Positions 11,969-24,037 of a stretch of 64,000 nucleotides of DNA are shown piece by piece. This DNA comes from Podospora anserina (taxonomy: Eukaryota): assembly GCA_017654855.1 (NCBI GenBank), contig CM030338.1, forward strand, positions 3,844,001 through 3,908,000, given 5' to 3'. The translations under genes were made by a program, and so were the position numbers. The notes below the pieces were generated by a model. That model was not told the DNA's origin and ran no database searches. It saw only the letters and a list, made by a program, of their open reading frames with translations. Every line of letters starts with the position of its first letter. Position 1 is the first letter of the stretch.

Positions 11969-13596
11969 TCAGGGATCTGCTTCGTCATCATCCGTTTCAA
12001 CTTCAACCCAGTTCAAACCCTCACAGGGCCTCTGCCAAAGCTCAGAGTTGCCGAGCTCAGCCGGGTATGTCCCGGCTACACCAAGTATGCACTCATCAAG
12101 ACCATGGATGGTCTTGAGATTGGGAAGCTTCTCTTCCTTTTGCGCCAGCAGCTCATCGACATGTGCATCAACTTGAGCAAACTTTCCCTTCTCGTAGCCA
12201 TACAACTTCAAACTCTCCAGATTCGGCGGCAAAAGATCAACAAGTCGATGCTTGAGAGTACGGATCGTGACTTTGTACTTGCATGTGTCATCGTAGCCAA
12301 GTATATTTCCAATTCTCTGTGTGACGTGTTAGTAAGCCTGTCATCCAACATCAACAGCAGAGCTCTGGGCATGATACATACAATGCTCAAGTCTGTCAAC
12401 TTGGTAAAGTCCTTCATGGAGCCAATCGACCCGCCTTCGTAGTCAAACGTGTCCGGCAAATCCACCGCATAGAGAGGCAGGTCTTCCTCCTTCTCCCCAC
12501 TGAACGATCGATCCAAATCGAGATATTTTGCATCCGGCGGAGGAGTGCGACCTCTTCCTCTTCCAGTGTCACTCTGACTACTTCCATATCTGCCATAATA
12601 GTACTCAGGGTATTCATCCTTCTGGTGCTCCAACAAGGCCGGGCGGTGCTTATCGTACTTCGAGGGATCATAGAGTCGAGCGTCCAAATCCAGAACCTGC
12701 AGGCTGTCCTTGTGCTGCAGAAGACACTTGCTCACGGTCTTGGGTTTCACGTCGTATGTATACGCGCCATCGGTGTTCCAAAGCCCGGCATTGGAAAAGG
12801 AAAAGTGAGTGAGAGCCTGGGGGATGCGGATGATGCTGCTGAGAATGGCCCCGGAGATATCAGAGTGGCCAATGGTAATTTTCGAAATGGTAGAAGAAGA
12901 CTTGGGCTGGAAGGACGTATTGTCGGGCTGATAGTCTGAGATAGCCTCGATTTTGACGGTAGAAACTGACGGCAGACGATGAAAGTAGCGAAAGAAGCCA
13001 AGGGATCTGACAGTGTCGTAATTGCACCCATCAATAAGGCAGTGATTAATGGCTTCCACATGGACAATTTCGAGTCTCTGAAGTGTGGGTTCGGTGATTT
13101 CCCCGTAGTTGTTTTGGACGAGGTACTCGTCCAGCAAGGTGCCCAGTATGAGGGTCTCCGGGTTGAAGCGGAGCCGTTTGATGTTGGGACAAAGCGAGAT
13201 AACGAGAATGGCCAGGGCCTCATGGTAGTGAGGAATATCCGGCCATCCCGAGTTCCAACGGATGCGCTTCGCTGGGGGCTCATCATCCTGGGTGTTGACC
13301 TCAGATTTCGCCTTGTCTTTCTTTCTCGGGACCCCTTCCAGGATTTTGGTTTTCATATCGTCACTGACCCCAAGGCTCTCGATGTATTTGACCACCAGTT
13401 CATGGTCCCCATCATCCAGAGCAGGATCTGGCTCGCCGTTCATGAAGTGCCCAAATCTCTGGGGAGGGTCGACGATGAACTCTTCCACCAAAAGGGCTGC
13501 ATCTGGATTTTTGAGCCAATTGAGGACGAGTTTGGAGCATCGAGTCGCATCCTCGTTACGCAGGAGGCATACTCGCTTGTAGGATGGCGATGACAT
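11969..13596 (-). CDS. Fungal leucine-rich/F-box-associated-type hypothetical protein (at least 2 exons)
   Basis: LAILVISLCPNIKRL, LQHKDSLQVLDLD, IGSMKDFTKLTDLSI, last exon MPPNLESLKLYGYEKG are typical of fungal LRR-like proteins. Start codon is uncertain. Confidence 0.6.
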
Positions 13597-13883
13597 GGCT
13601 GTCGTATTCGTCTCGATGATGTGAAGAGAGAGAGTGTTAAGAAGCCTGAGCACCTAGGTACGGAGTTTCGTAGTAAGATTGACCGGAGGTGTTTTATGTC
13701 TCTTTGCAACAACATATTGCCAACCTTCTCCTGAACCTCAACACCAGGCAGCAACTGCTAGCTTGAGCCAACCACACAGTGCTGCCTAGCAACAGTGGGG
13801 GCGGGAACATTCAACAGAGAGGTCACGTGATGGGAAATAGGGGTTTCAGGGGGAACATGCAGTTGTCCCATTGGATGCAGTCG

Positions 13884-15341
13884 TTAAAAAACATCACTGC
13901 TCCAAGTCCAGTTGTCCTCTAACCCTTTGCTGCCTATCGTGGCTCTTCCAGGATCGGACTTGGTCTTGTTCTCATCTGGTTTTGGAGACTCCGGTAATGG
14001 ATACATCCTTCCTTTGGCCCTATGCCCCTCTATTCCGGGGTCCGATATCACGGGGAGTGTTTCTGGTACCGAAAAATGAACATTCAACCTACTTCTCCCT
14101 GCATCTGGGTTCGAAGCTGAGTCGGGCGACATTGGATCAGCCGCTGGCTCTTTTTTCTGTTCTCCTTTCTCCTTGGATCTTTGCGGCGACGTTATCTGGG
14201 CTTCCACCTTGTTGCCCGCACATCCTCTTGAACAATTCCGGCAGCATTCGCATTTCCAACCCCTCTCAGGTGGTGCTGGCACAAGCCTCCACAGCCAATC
14301 CCACCACCTCTCCTCTCTTTTGAACTCCTCGGGCCTTGCATTCCACCTCCGTACTCTACGTTCCTCATCACCACCAATGGCGTAAACATTTCCTTGCGTC
14401 GCGTACCATATTGCTGCAATCATAATCTCCTCCACCACGTCCTCCTCCTCAGACGTCCTCGGGGCGTATACCAACGTCCATCCAACAGGCACTGGTAGTC
14501 GTTTTTCCATTACGCCATGAAACCAGAACCTGAATATCTTTGAGTCGTTTCCTCCCGCAAGAGGATGCCGCTGCCCCCAACCGGCCTGCAAAACAGTGCT
14601 AACATCCTCGGGATGAAGGTTGACATGCAGTGACCCATCAGCTGCGTGAATATGCGCGATCTCTCCCCCCCATTCGTCTCTCGTGTTAACCGTCCCGGCC
14701 GTTCTATCACCGATGTCCCTGAATAGTCCACGAATCCCGGCTTCCAAGAAAGACATCTTGACCCTCAAATCTCGGGATGATCTGGCCTGGAGCTTTTTTA
14801 CCATGTCATTCAGCTTGTAAAACGCGCTGGGTGGCCCTTTCTGGCTGAGCTGCCTTGCAGGTAGCCATCTACTCGTCTTTGGCCTATCTCCCTCTCTTTG
14901 TGGAAGACCAAACAGCCTGCCTCGATAGGGAAGCTCATCCTGCTTGACCTTTGGTGGTTCCAGAATGTTGTTCCATCCTGCCAAGAAGTTCCAGAAGACG
15001 AGCTGTAGCCAGCCCCCAAAGGTTGGCGGGACATCCTCCAAGGTTAAGGACTCGTATTTGTGAAAGGAAGAATAACATGACCAAACAATGCCTGAAAAGA
15101 CGTAGTACCGAAATAGCCACGAGGTTGTGAATATGGAGGTGAACCAGTAGGCCAAGACCATTCCAGCTGCGAATGTGCCGGGGGAAGGCTTGAGCCAAAG
15201 ACCGACAAGAACCGGGACTGAGGCCAGTGAAAAGTCCCATATTACTTCCTCCCAGCTGGTGTAGTGTTGCGGGGCTAGTGTCGCGGTTGCGGCGGTGGTT
15301 ATGCCAAGGACCCAGAGAGAGGGGTGGTTGAAGGTGTACAT
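13884..15341 (-). CDS. DUF5519 (luciferase-like domain) protein with N-terminal TM segments
   Basis: GEIAHIHAADGSLHVNLHPEDVSTVLQAGWGQRHPLAG...LVYAPRTSEE motif. Confidence 0.75.
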   Translation of the reverse strand: MYTFNHPSLWVLGITTAATATLAPQHYTSWEEVIWDFSLASVPVLVGLWLKPSPGTFAAGMVLAYWFTSIFTTSWLFRYYVFSGIVWSCYSSFHKYESLTLEDVPPTFGGWLQLVFWNFLAGWNNILEPPKVKQDELPYRGRLFGLPQREGDRPKTSRWLPARQLSQKGPPSAFYKLNDMVKKLQARSSRDLRVKMSFLEAGIRGLFRDIGDRTAGTVNTRDEWGGEIAHIHAADGSLHVNLHPEDVSTVLQAGWGQRHPLAGGNDSKIFRFWFHGVMEKRLPVPVGWTLVYAPRTSEEEDVVEEIMIAAIWYATQGNVYAIGGDEERRVRRWNARPEEFKREERWWDWLWRLVPAPPERGWKCECCRNCSRGCAGNKVEAQITSPQRSKEKGEQKKEPAADPMSPDSASNPDAGRSRLNVHFSVPETLPVISDPGIEGHRAKGRMYPLPESPKPDENKTKSDPGRATIGSKGLEDNWTWSSDVF

Positions 15342-15638
15342 CTTGCGCCGTCATCTCCGCCGCCAATAACAGGAGAGGCGTGAAGGGTGTCTTCTGTGGC
15401 GACTTGGATGCGATGTTGTGAAGCTCATCAAACAATTGCATGGGGTTTCAAGGTTCAAGCCATGTCTCATAAAGTCATTATGTTCTAGCCATGCGTCGTC
15501 TTTGTTGGCCCAGGTGACAGTTTTCTTTGTTCTCATCTACCCCCACACTTGCTTGGATTCAGCAAGAATCGATTCCCGCATACAGCTTGGCGCGAGATCC
15601 TTTGTTTCCACCAACGGGGATCTCCGCCATTTTCCATA

Positions 15639-16877
15639 CTACAGCTCAAACACAAGGCCAGTCTCAGGACCATAATGACCGTCTGCCAGCGCTTGCCACC
15701 CAGCCTTGTACTTCTCCAGTCCCTTCTCCCACTTGATCTCGATGGCCGGGATGGCCCCGTCACCGGCAAACCGACCCCAGGCAGCATTTTGCGCATTGTA
15801 GTAGGCCTCCGCCGATCCAAGGTTTGCGATGCCCTTCTCCCGGATCAACCCAGCGTGGACCTGGTAGACATTGCTGGCCGGATCCATGGCCTTCCCATAT
15901 AATACCGGGGGCCGAGTAGCCGAGGGGTCAGCTCCTACCAAGAGAACAGTGACATTATCTTCCCCAAACTTCTCGTCGAGAGCGGACGCCCAGGTATCAG
16001 CCGCTTGACCCCGGGCAGCAAAATTGACCAACACAATCTTCTGCCCCTTCTTCGCAATCCGCTCAATATCCTCAACCTGCTCATACAAAAGCACCTCATC
16101 AAACAGCCCCGTGCTCTCGCTAAACCCCTTTGACTTCTCCGACCCAACACCGATAACCTTCTCAGGCTGTTCGCCCTCCGGCCTGCCCTTCCTCAACTCA
16201 TGCGCAAACGACAAGCCAGTTTTCCCAGACGGCGCCAGCAAAATCACCACGGCCCCCTTGATATCCGCCTTTTTGGCATCCCAGCCATCTCCCCCAGCGG
16301 CACCAAACGGATGCGAGGGCTTGAACCCACCCTCCCAGGCGAAAACATGCTGGTTGAGCATCCACCCCGTTTGCCAGAGGGCATAAAACAACACACGCAA
16401 CCCTTTGCTCTCGTTTGACTCGTCGCCAAAGACGTGGTAACGGTTGTAAATCGGGTTGAGCCCCTTTCTCAACCCGTCGTCGGGCAGGACGACGTCGTAG
16501 TCACCCGGGACGTTCCCCTCTATGAGTTGGATCTCCTCAACTCTGGTGCCGATGGGCTGGTAACCGAACAATTCTGTTCCGACGGGAAGGGAGGGGACGG
16601 TGCTCTCTACTACTTCAGAGTAGCCCCATGCTGAGATTCGGCAGTGGGTGTCGGGAGAGACCGTGGCCGGCAGAGGCCAGACGTTCCACCACGCTAGGAG
16701 GGGATTCCCGCCGAGTTTGGCGTAAGTGAAAGTGTTTGTTGTGAGCGAGATCAGACGGGTCTGGATGCGGACTGAGGATGGGGCTGTCAAAGGGGTCGAG
16801 GGCGAGGGGGCGGGGGTGAGTGATTGGGCGGTGAAGTCGGCTTTGGAGATGATCTGGATTGCATGTGCTTCGGACAT
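15639..16877 (-). CDS. DUF2855 family protein
   Basis: ISLTTNTFTYAKLG...WWNVWP...ISAWGYSEVVES...GTELFGYQP...NPIYNRY; intronless 412 aa. Confidence 0.8.
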   Translation of the reverse strand: MSEAHAIQIISKADFTAQSLTPAPSPSTPLTAPSSVRIQTRLISLTTNTFTYAKLGGNPLLAWWNVWPLPATVSPDTHCRISAWGYSEVVESTVPSLPVGTELFGYQPIGTRVEEIQLIEGNVPGDYDVVLPDDGLRKGLNPIYNRYHVFGDESNESKGLRVLFYALWQTGWMLNQHVFAWEGGFKPSHPFGAAGGDGWDAKKADIKGAVVILLAPSGKTGLSFAHELRKGRPEGEQPEKVIGVGSEKSKGFSESTGLFDEVLLYEQVEDIERIAKKGQKIVLVNFAARGQAADTWASALDEKFGEDNVTVLLVGADPSATRPPVLYGKAMDPASNVYQVHAGLIREKGIANLGSAEAYYNAQNAAWGRFAGDGAIPAIEIKWEKGLEKYKAGWQALADGHYGPETGLVFEL

Positions 16878-17819
16878 CTTGGGCTGAATTCGGCTCGGGG
16901 GTTTTTTTTGGTGTGTATTTCCTGAGCTTTTCTTGTGAGTTGATTCGAGTCTGATAAGTCGATGCTTTTTCCTGCTTGGTGATTAAGATCCAGAGAAGAG
17001 CCAAGATTTTGAAGCTGACATGAGTCATTGGTGGGGACGGTCAGTTCCACTGTGGTAACAAGGCCTTTACATCCGCCATGTCCGGAAATTCAGCTGGTTG
17101 ATTACAGATGATACTAAATGGGTGCAAAAGATATTTCGAACCTCCCTGGACTTGCCGAGCTTTTGTTCGATGCATAGAACTGCACATCTTGCTTGCGGAC
17201 GCGCGTGCTTGCACCACCTCTTGGTGTTTTGCATTCAAATGTGCAAAACTCTGGGTTAGGGTTGTCCTCAATTTCCAGTGGTTCGATGCGCTAGACAACT
17301 AGGCACCTTACCATCACTCACCACCGCCTGACTAGCAGCTGACTAGCAGCTGGCCGAGCATTTGACTTTCTGGTGTATAAAATAGATATGAGTCAGCAAC
17401 CTGTAGAATATAAGATGTGATGGTCTTGGCTTTTGACGCTTTCGTTGGGTCTGATGGTTAGGTAGCGAGAGGGCATATTAGTAGGTAGTCGGAAAAATAC
17501 TTAGATAGATAGGTGTCAACTGTTGGTGTTGCTCAAGGGAATCTGACTGCATGATTCCACTGCTCGCCAGATACCTGTACACGCTGTGGACAAGAAAGCT
17601 GGCACTGTGAAAGGACTGAACTATGCCTCGAAGAATAGTTAATAGACTTCGAAAAGTACTTAATATGTCTTAAAATATAGTTAATAGGCCTCAAAGAATG
17701 TTGATAAGGCCTGTTTTCTGTTTGAAAGGGTGTAAGTTGATAGTCTTCATGTATTGTTCTGTCGAGAGAAATCTTTTGCCGTTTTCGGACTCGCTTGCAG
17801 GGTGTGTGGTTAATGAGCG

Positions 17820-18292
17820 TGTTACGCCCCAAGCGTAATACCCCTGTACAGGAACCACTGGGTGGTACCCGAGGTGCTGGGCACCTCAGCCAATCATTGG
17901 GCCAGGATGGAAAGACCCACCAGCCCCCGTGCAACCAATTAGGAGTTGCTCAGTCTGCTCAGTCTGCTCAGTGCGCCAAGACCACTGAGCACACTGAGCA
18001 CACTGAGCACACTAAGCAAGGTACAAAGATACTTCAGAAATATATATAGATAGTTTAATATAAATAGGGGGGAGCGCCGGGCGCTCCCCGTGTCGAGGAA
18101 TCTGATTCCTCATGCAAGCAATTCAAGTTCATTTGTCTACAATCTACTCTCAGTAGCTCTTTGTTAGAACAACCTGTTGTTGACAGTGAACCCGTGTCTG
18201 AGACGCTTGTCACAACCTTCGATCATCCTGTCATATTCACCTCTGGCGTACTGCCTTGCAGTCTGTATCCATTCCTGGTGCAGGTTGTAACA
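17820..18292 (+). mobile_element. Solo LTR (473 bp), copy 1
   Basis: TGTTAC...GTAACA termini; matches the reverse complement of 30587-31059. No target-site duplication seen (flanks GAGCG / GCACC). Confidence 0.85.
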
Positions 18293-19082
18293 GCACCCTG
18301 ACCTTATCTTATCATTCACCTGCCCTGCCCCACCGAGCCTTGCAGCCTTGCACCTTAAATTCCTTGCAGGCCAGGCCAGGCAAAGCCTTCCTTTCCTTTT
18401 TCTCTTCTTTAGCTTAGTATTTCGTCAATTGAGTGTAGCTTTGCAGCATTGTCTCTCGTTTGGCCACTTCGTGACAAGTACCATTAGATCTCTCTTTAAA
18501 AACACTTACTTTCTATACCGTGGAAGACTCCCAGGTAGCTAAGGAGGTCAGGGACCTACTTAAGAACTATACGCCGGCCGGAAAACGGCTTGCGGTAAGG
18601 ACTCTCACTAGTACTATATTTATACTGAGATCTGAGGCATCCATCCATAAAGCTGATGCGGCAAGGCACCAACAAAACGCCCACAAAGTCCAGGACGCAA
18701 AGAAAAGGCGCAAGTTAAATAGAGAAGATTCGAATTCTAAGTTTGTAAGGCTTTGTGACCTGGAAGAGGCTCGTATTGAAGGGAGGGTGGTGGAGGAAAA
18801 AGTGGTGCCCAAGGAGGATATGGAGCAGCCGGAGCCAGCCGAGCCTGTGCGGCGTAGCACACATTATCGGGTTCAAACTCGGCGTAAGAGGGAAGCAGAC
18901 AAAATGTCTGACTCTAACAGTGATTGAGCTACATTTTGGTATAACTTCCATAGAAATTGACCCAATATTGGTCTTGTTGTGGGGAGTATAAGCATTCAGG
19001 GGTAATCTCATTAAGGTTGTGTGGCTGGTGTGGGGGTGGTGGTCCATATTCGTGGGTGGGCCATTTCCTGGTCATCCAACCT
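18293..19082 (+). mobile_element. Right-end remnant of a Tc1/mariner (Fot1/pogo-like) DNA transposon
   Basis: ORF 18520-18927 (...KKRRKLNREDSNSKF...) resembles Fot1-type transposase C-termini. It ends in a 31-bp sequence GTGGGTGGGCCATTTCCTGGTCATCCAACCT(A) that is repeated at 31754. Confidence 0.55.
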
Positions 19083-19815
19083 AGTAATGGAATACCATTA
19101 CTTGACTTGCGCTTATACGCTCCTGAGATATGATGGAGTCGTCTGTTTGGTACATAAAGAACGCCCGGGAGTGACAAGGGTAACCGAGATGCTGGTCGTA
19201 GCTATGCTGTGCCAGTGACGGACTGCGCTATCGCCGTCTTCCAGCTCGAGGTCCTCTACAATGAGGCAGAGGAAACTGAGGTGGTCACGGTCTTATTGTG
19301 ACATGACGCCAACCCCCTATTATTCGTTGATTGGAAAGGTGCCGGCTGAGGATATGTTGTTATGGGCCTTCACTTGCTTCCAGATTTCAACCTTACAGCC
19401 TCTACAGAGGACGGCTAAGCGTACTGACGATAGGAGATTATGGACGGTGTTAGTGGTTGTAGACGCCACTATTGAAGACGGCCGTGGTGCCCTTGCCGAT
19501 GGTTGACGAGATGAGCGCTTTACTGCTGGGGTGATTTTTGTGAAATTGGTTATATATCATATTGTACATAACACTAGCGACAGTAACAAGAGCTTTTCCC
19601 GGTGCTAAAGAATTCTGGTTAATATCTACAGCATGCTTTGCAGCGCCTCGGAAAGAGCGGGATTTGAGCAGATACAGAGGCAATACATCCATTCATGAAG
19701 GTCTAGCAAACAGAATCTGGGTACTTTATCACCGACTGAGGTTAAATCCATCAACCTAACACTGGCAACGAAGGCATTTGATTCTGATCCTTCCCAAGCC
19801 GTGCAGCCTGAATAT

Positions 19816-20987
19816 TCAAGGGATGTATGGGATGACATCATCCGTATCCCAAGGAGCAATATAGTCGGCAGGAAGTTCCTCATCAGGTGGCACCTGATGT
19901 GCCTCAGCCCATACACGAACTGCCTCATAATTTTTGCATTTGTGTCGGGTGTTGAAATCGGGGAATGCCTGAGGTTGCTTCGTATTTGGCTGATGAGTCC
20001 ATACTTGCCCAAGCACCCCATTATCCACATTGCACATGAGCACTTGTCGAACGATATCTAAGCAATGTGCTAATAGACACACAATACGTCTTAGTACTCT
20101 GAAAATATAGGATGAGGTGCACTTGTACAGGCCAACTTACTAAGGTGACTTTTAAAGATATTTTCTTCGAGGTCAAACGCGTCATCGCCTATAGCCTTAT
20201 AATAATTGTAGTTGAAGTAAAGGGACTTGCGAACCAAATTCTAAATCCCAAGTGCTTTGGTTAGATGCTGGTAACAAGTATCCAAACATAACGTACCAGG
20301 CAATGTAAGTGGTGTAGGCCTTCCACATTCACGAAGAAACCACCTCCATATTTTTTTGCTCGTTGAACGTGGTGCTTTGTGAGCCCGCTCGCAATCCCTT
20401 CATTCTCTGGGATGATGGAGGCTCTATCTATTTCCCTGTTAGCCTTGCGTAACCCATCTCCCATTAACAATAATAACTAACACTCAATACCCAAAGCCTC
20501 CCATGCCGCGTCCACTCTGGGCGACCCTTGGAGACGATATACCACTTCTTTCATAAATGAACCATTAAAGGACGTGATTGAGTACGCGTGATCAACTTCG
20601 TTAAGCACGGGCGCTAAGTTTAGTTCATTGCCATCAGTATACTTATCCAAGAGTCAAAAATGCATAACACGCAGCAGCAGCAGTTGAACTTCTTAATTTA
20701 TAGATGAAAGTTGACTTACAGTACTGCGATGTGCGCATCGCACATTGCCGGTCCAGATCCATCTCTATTCCTTGCTGGATTTGTTGGCTGACAATAGTGG
20801 CTATTGTTATGCCAAGAATCAAGCCTAGCAGAAAGAAAAGCGACTTGATGAGTATTGATGGCAACAATGTTTGTCCTGGGGAACGACGTTGTCGGACCTT
20901 GGGGAGTAGCTCTGAACCATGATCCGAGTCGGAGTCTTCGCTTGTCCCTGCAAAGGAAATCTTGTCTTCGGACATACCTGAAGACAT
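19816..20987 (-). CDS. DUF3328 / UstYa-family oxidase A (multi-exon)
   Basis: N-terminal TM helix (LFFLLGLILGITIATIV); YRLQGSPRVDAAWEALG; VEGLHHLHCL; HCLDIVRQVLMCNVD; FPDFNTRHKCKNY. Confidence 0.9.
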
Positions 20988-21516
20988 CGTGGTGGCGACG
21001 AGGGCAATGATGCTCGTGATTGGGTATATGGGGGCCAGATAGGGGGAACGTTGGGAGGGGTTAATTGAGGGAGAAAGAAAGCAGCTGGAAGGGAAGGGTA
21101 AGGTACTTGTAATATATGCTGAAGATCTTAGCCGGAACTTGGCAGCTTTTAGCCCCTCATTGTACTTCTTGATCTACCAAGTAGGGAACCAAAAGTAACG
21201 TAGATATCTACAGGCAGGAAGTCAATAGATTATTTTTGTGTAGATTGATTAGGTACGCAGTTTTCTTCAGTGTTGTTTGCATCTAAGCACGAGAGACAGG
21301 ACTCAATTCTGCATTCAGTGAATGCGAATTACTTTATGAACCACCTCGCTAGCTAGGTAGGTATTTCTGAGAGACATGTCTGAAGCTTTGAAAAGGAATG
21401 GATAGCTGTGCGCAAATACCGCAAATGTTACTCGAGTAGACACATGAACACCAAAAAATGAAAGTGCAACACGGGTAACTCATTGGCTCCTCAGACTTCC
21501 ATGCGCTACATGTATC

Positions 21517-21968
21517 TCACATGCCAAAGAAGCGCTTGACCCCAACCACGCTCGTGTGTAGCCAAGAAGCTGAACTATCCATGGCCATAAGGTGTGCGCG
21601 GTATCCTTTCTCAAGGGAGTCAAGGTCGAGGTATCCGGGCCCCGAGGGAAGCTGATTGAACGTCAGAAACAATGAGACTCAGGAGCCAAAACCAATATAG
21701 CATACCCAGTGATTCGGGTGCTCCCATTCGAACTTCTTTTTGCCATAGGAATAGGAAGATACCCAGGCCGACCTAGTGGCCGAAGCGTCGACGGTCGGGG
21801 GAAGACCTGGCTCTCGCGTGTCGATGTCGAGTTTCTGGCGGCAGAACGCTAGTAAATAGACTTTTCTTCAAAGACTGGATGCCGAATCATTACCTCAGAA
21901 CTCATAGACGGAGCTATAGCCATGGAGGCTACGCCGGTGAAGGCTGTGGCAAAGATGAAGCCCCTCAT
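21517..21968 (-). CDS. 112-aa secreted peptide (3 exons), candidate RiPP precursor; absent from the ORF track
   Basis: Exons 21968-21894, 21834-21706 and 21651-21517; phase-0 introns of 59 nt (GTAATG..CAG) and 54 nt (GTATGC..CTGAC..CAG); start context CAACA-ATG. Protein: MRGFIFATAFTGVASMAIAPSMSSEKLDIDTREPGLPPTVDASATRSAWVSSYSYGKKKFEWEHPNHWLPSGPGYLDLDSLEKGYRAHLMAMDSSASWLHTSVVGVKRFFGM*. Confidence 0.75.
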
Positions 21969-22725
21969 TGTTGGGCAGCGTCGGTAGCAGTGCACAGTGA
22001 GAAGCAAGCAAGCACTTAGAAACAAAGAGAGGGAACCCTGTGTCCCAAAATGGGCGTATATGTAATGGGAAAGCGAGTGTGAAAGTTGAACGGCAACTTA
22101 ACTGCCGACCGCAGTATCCCAGAATGCAATACTATGTATGCAGGTAATGATGATGCGTGGGATAGGTAATATCAAGATGGTTTCGCTACTTTGACTTAGC
22201 TACTTACTCATATCGCTAGAGCTAGGCAGTGACGATGTCAAACCCCCACCTGGTCAAGTAATATAAAGAGCAATAGTCTTGGCCCCTGCAATTCCTCTTA
22301 TCATGCTGACCGCCTAAGGTCCGGTTCTTCGGGTATACCAGATGCTCGGGTTTGCCAAGTCTAACTTCCCTTTCCACGTACTGCCCCCCACCCCCTCTGG
22401 TCTCGGAACCTCCCATCTACTCCCCGTGCCGCCCTCCTTATGCTGCCCCTACTATAACTACCATGCTGATGCCTAAAGCCCGGTTATTCGGGTGTACCAG
22501 ATGCTCGGGTTTGCCAAGTCCTCCCCTCCCTTTCCCCCTCCTCCATTTGCCCCTCCTCGTCCGGATCCTCGTCTCGCCCTTCCGTTTGCCACCCCTCCCA
22601 TCCCATCCCGCCGCTTCCCCCAGCCAAGGCCCAGCCAGTACATCTCTACTCCCAATCCACGGATGCAAAGGGGCAAGAAATTTCCATGCGCCACGAGACA
22701 GTGAGAGATACCTCAAGGAGAAATC

Positions 22726-23800
22726 ATGTTCCAAAGCAGACAATATGTTCGCCTCAGAAACATAGGCCCAGACAGCACGTCAGGCGACACGGCAACCCGA
22801 AATGGCTCTGCAGCTCATCATCATAAACCTTTGCCACATTCTCTTCGCCGACCAGCCACAGCCACCATAGTATTTCTCGTCTCGATAGTTTTGAACTTCT
22901 TTTTGTTGGGAAAAGTCTTGCTCTCAAACACTGCACGGTACCGGATATTGACTTACTGTAAGTGCTGCCTCACCTTACATGATTCAGCTATGGCTGATTA
23001 ATGAATGGAATAGCTCCGGCTTTACCTGCCATTAGCCATGAACGGGTTGTTTTCTCCAGCGGTTTTGGTATTGAACAATCACCATTCCAGGGGCCACCTT
23101 CGGAGGAGAACAACAAGCTCTGGGCTGGTCTCTATGACTGTAAGTTGCGTGCTGAAAACGCTTTGCTTCCTGATGTTATGCTGAGAACTGGCTCGTTTAA
23201 AGTCGGGATCTCGAGGATTAGCGCAGACGAAGCCCGGCCAATGGACAACAAAACGCTCCCGATTCCAGGTCGAGAGGGTGGATATGTTGTCCAACTGAGT
23301 GTGTTCCATCAACTTCATTGTTTGGTAAGATTGTCCCGGCCTACATTATTTTTGCATGGTCAACCAAAGAGTAACACAGAGCGTCATTCTCAGAATCTGA
23401 TCCGGAAAGGCTTATATGGTGCTGTCGATATGACAAACGTGGACGAGCTGCTGGGCATAGAACATCTCGATCACTGTCTTGATATGCTCCGACAGAGCGT
23501 AATGGTACAGTCTCCTCACCACTTCCTATCCTGTCTTGAACAAAACATGTGATACTCAGCAGGCTAACAAGAGCTATTGCTAACCAAATATAGTGCAGCA
23601 GTGACATAACGCCAACAACATTTGCCCGTCAAACTTCCTCCTCTCCCATGAAGATTGTCGCCGAGGTCGTGCACACTTGTCGGAATTTTGCCAAGGTTCA
23701 GCAATGGGCATGGAATAGACGGCTGACAACGGAACTGGACAAAAATACGCTAGTCACCAACGATCCTCTAGGTTGGGGAACTTACACATATTCTCCTTGA
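22726..23800 (+). CDS. DUF3328 / UstYa-family oxidase B (multi-exon)
   Basis: TM helix IVFLVSIVLNFFLLG; FQGPPSEENNKLW; LSVFHQLHCL; EHLDHCLDMLRQSVM-CSSDIT; HTCRNFAKVQQWA. Confidence 0.9.
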
Positions 23801-24037
23801 ACGGGGTTTGATTGCGAGCTTTGCTGTCTGTTGGTAGAAACAACACACGCGTTTCTAGTTCAAGTATCATATGTGCCAAGTTTTATTCCATTGCCTAGGT
23901 ATTTCAATATCCATTGTCTCATCTATATTTCTCATTGACTCCCCTTGATAGCCACCAGGCTGGAGTGAGGTAAATTTATTTGTCTGTGAACATGCCATTG
24001 GCTAAACTCGAAAGTGTTTGCTTGAACTCCTGAAACC

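Noticed and set aside
17533-18049. ORFs overlapping the LTR (duplicated at 30830-31187)
   Set aside because: They are chance frames through non-coding LTR sequence.
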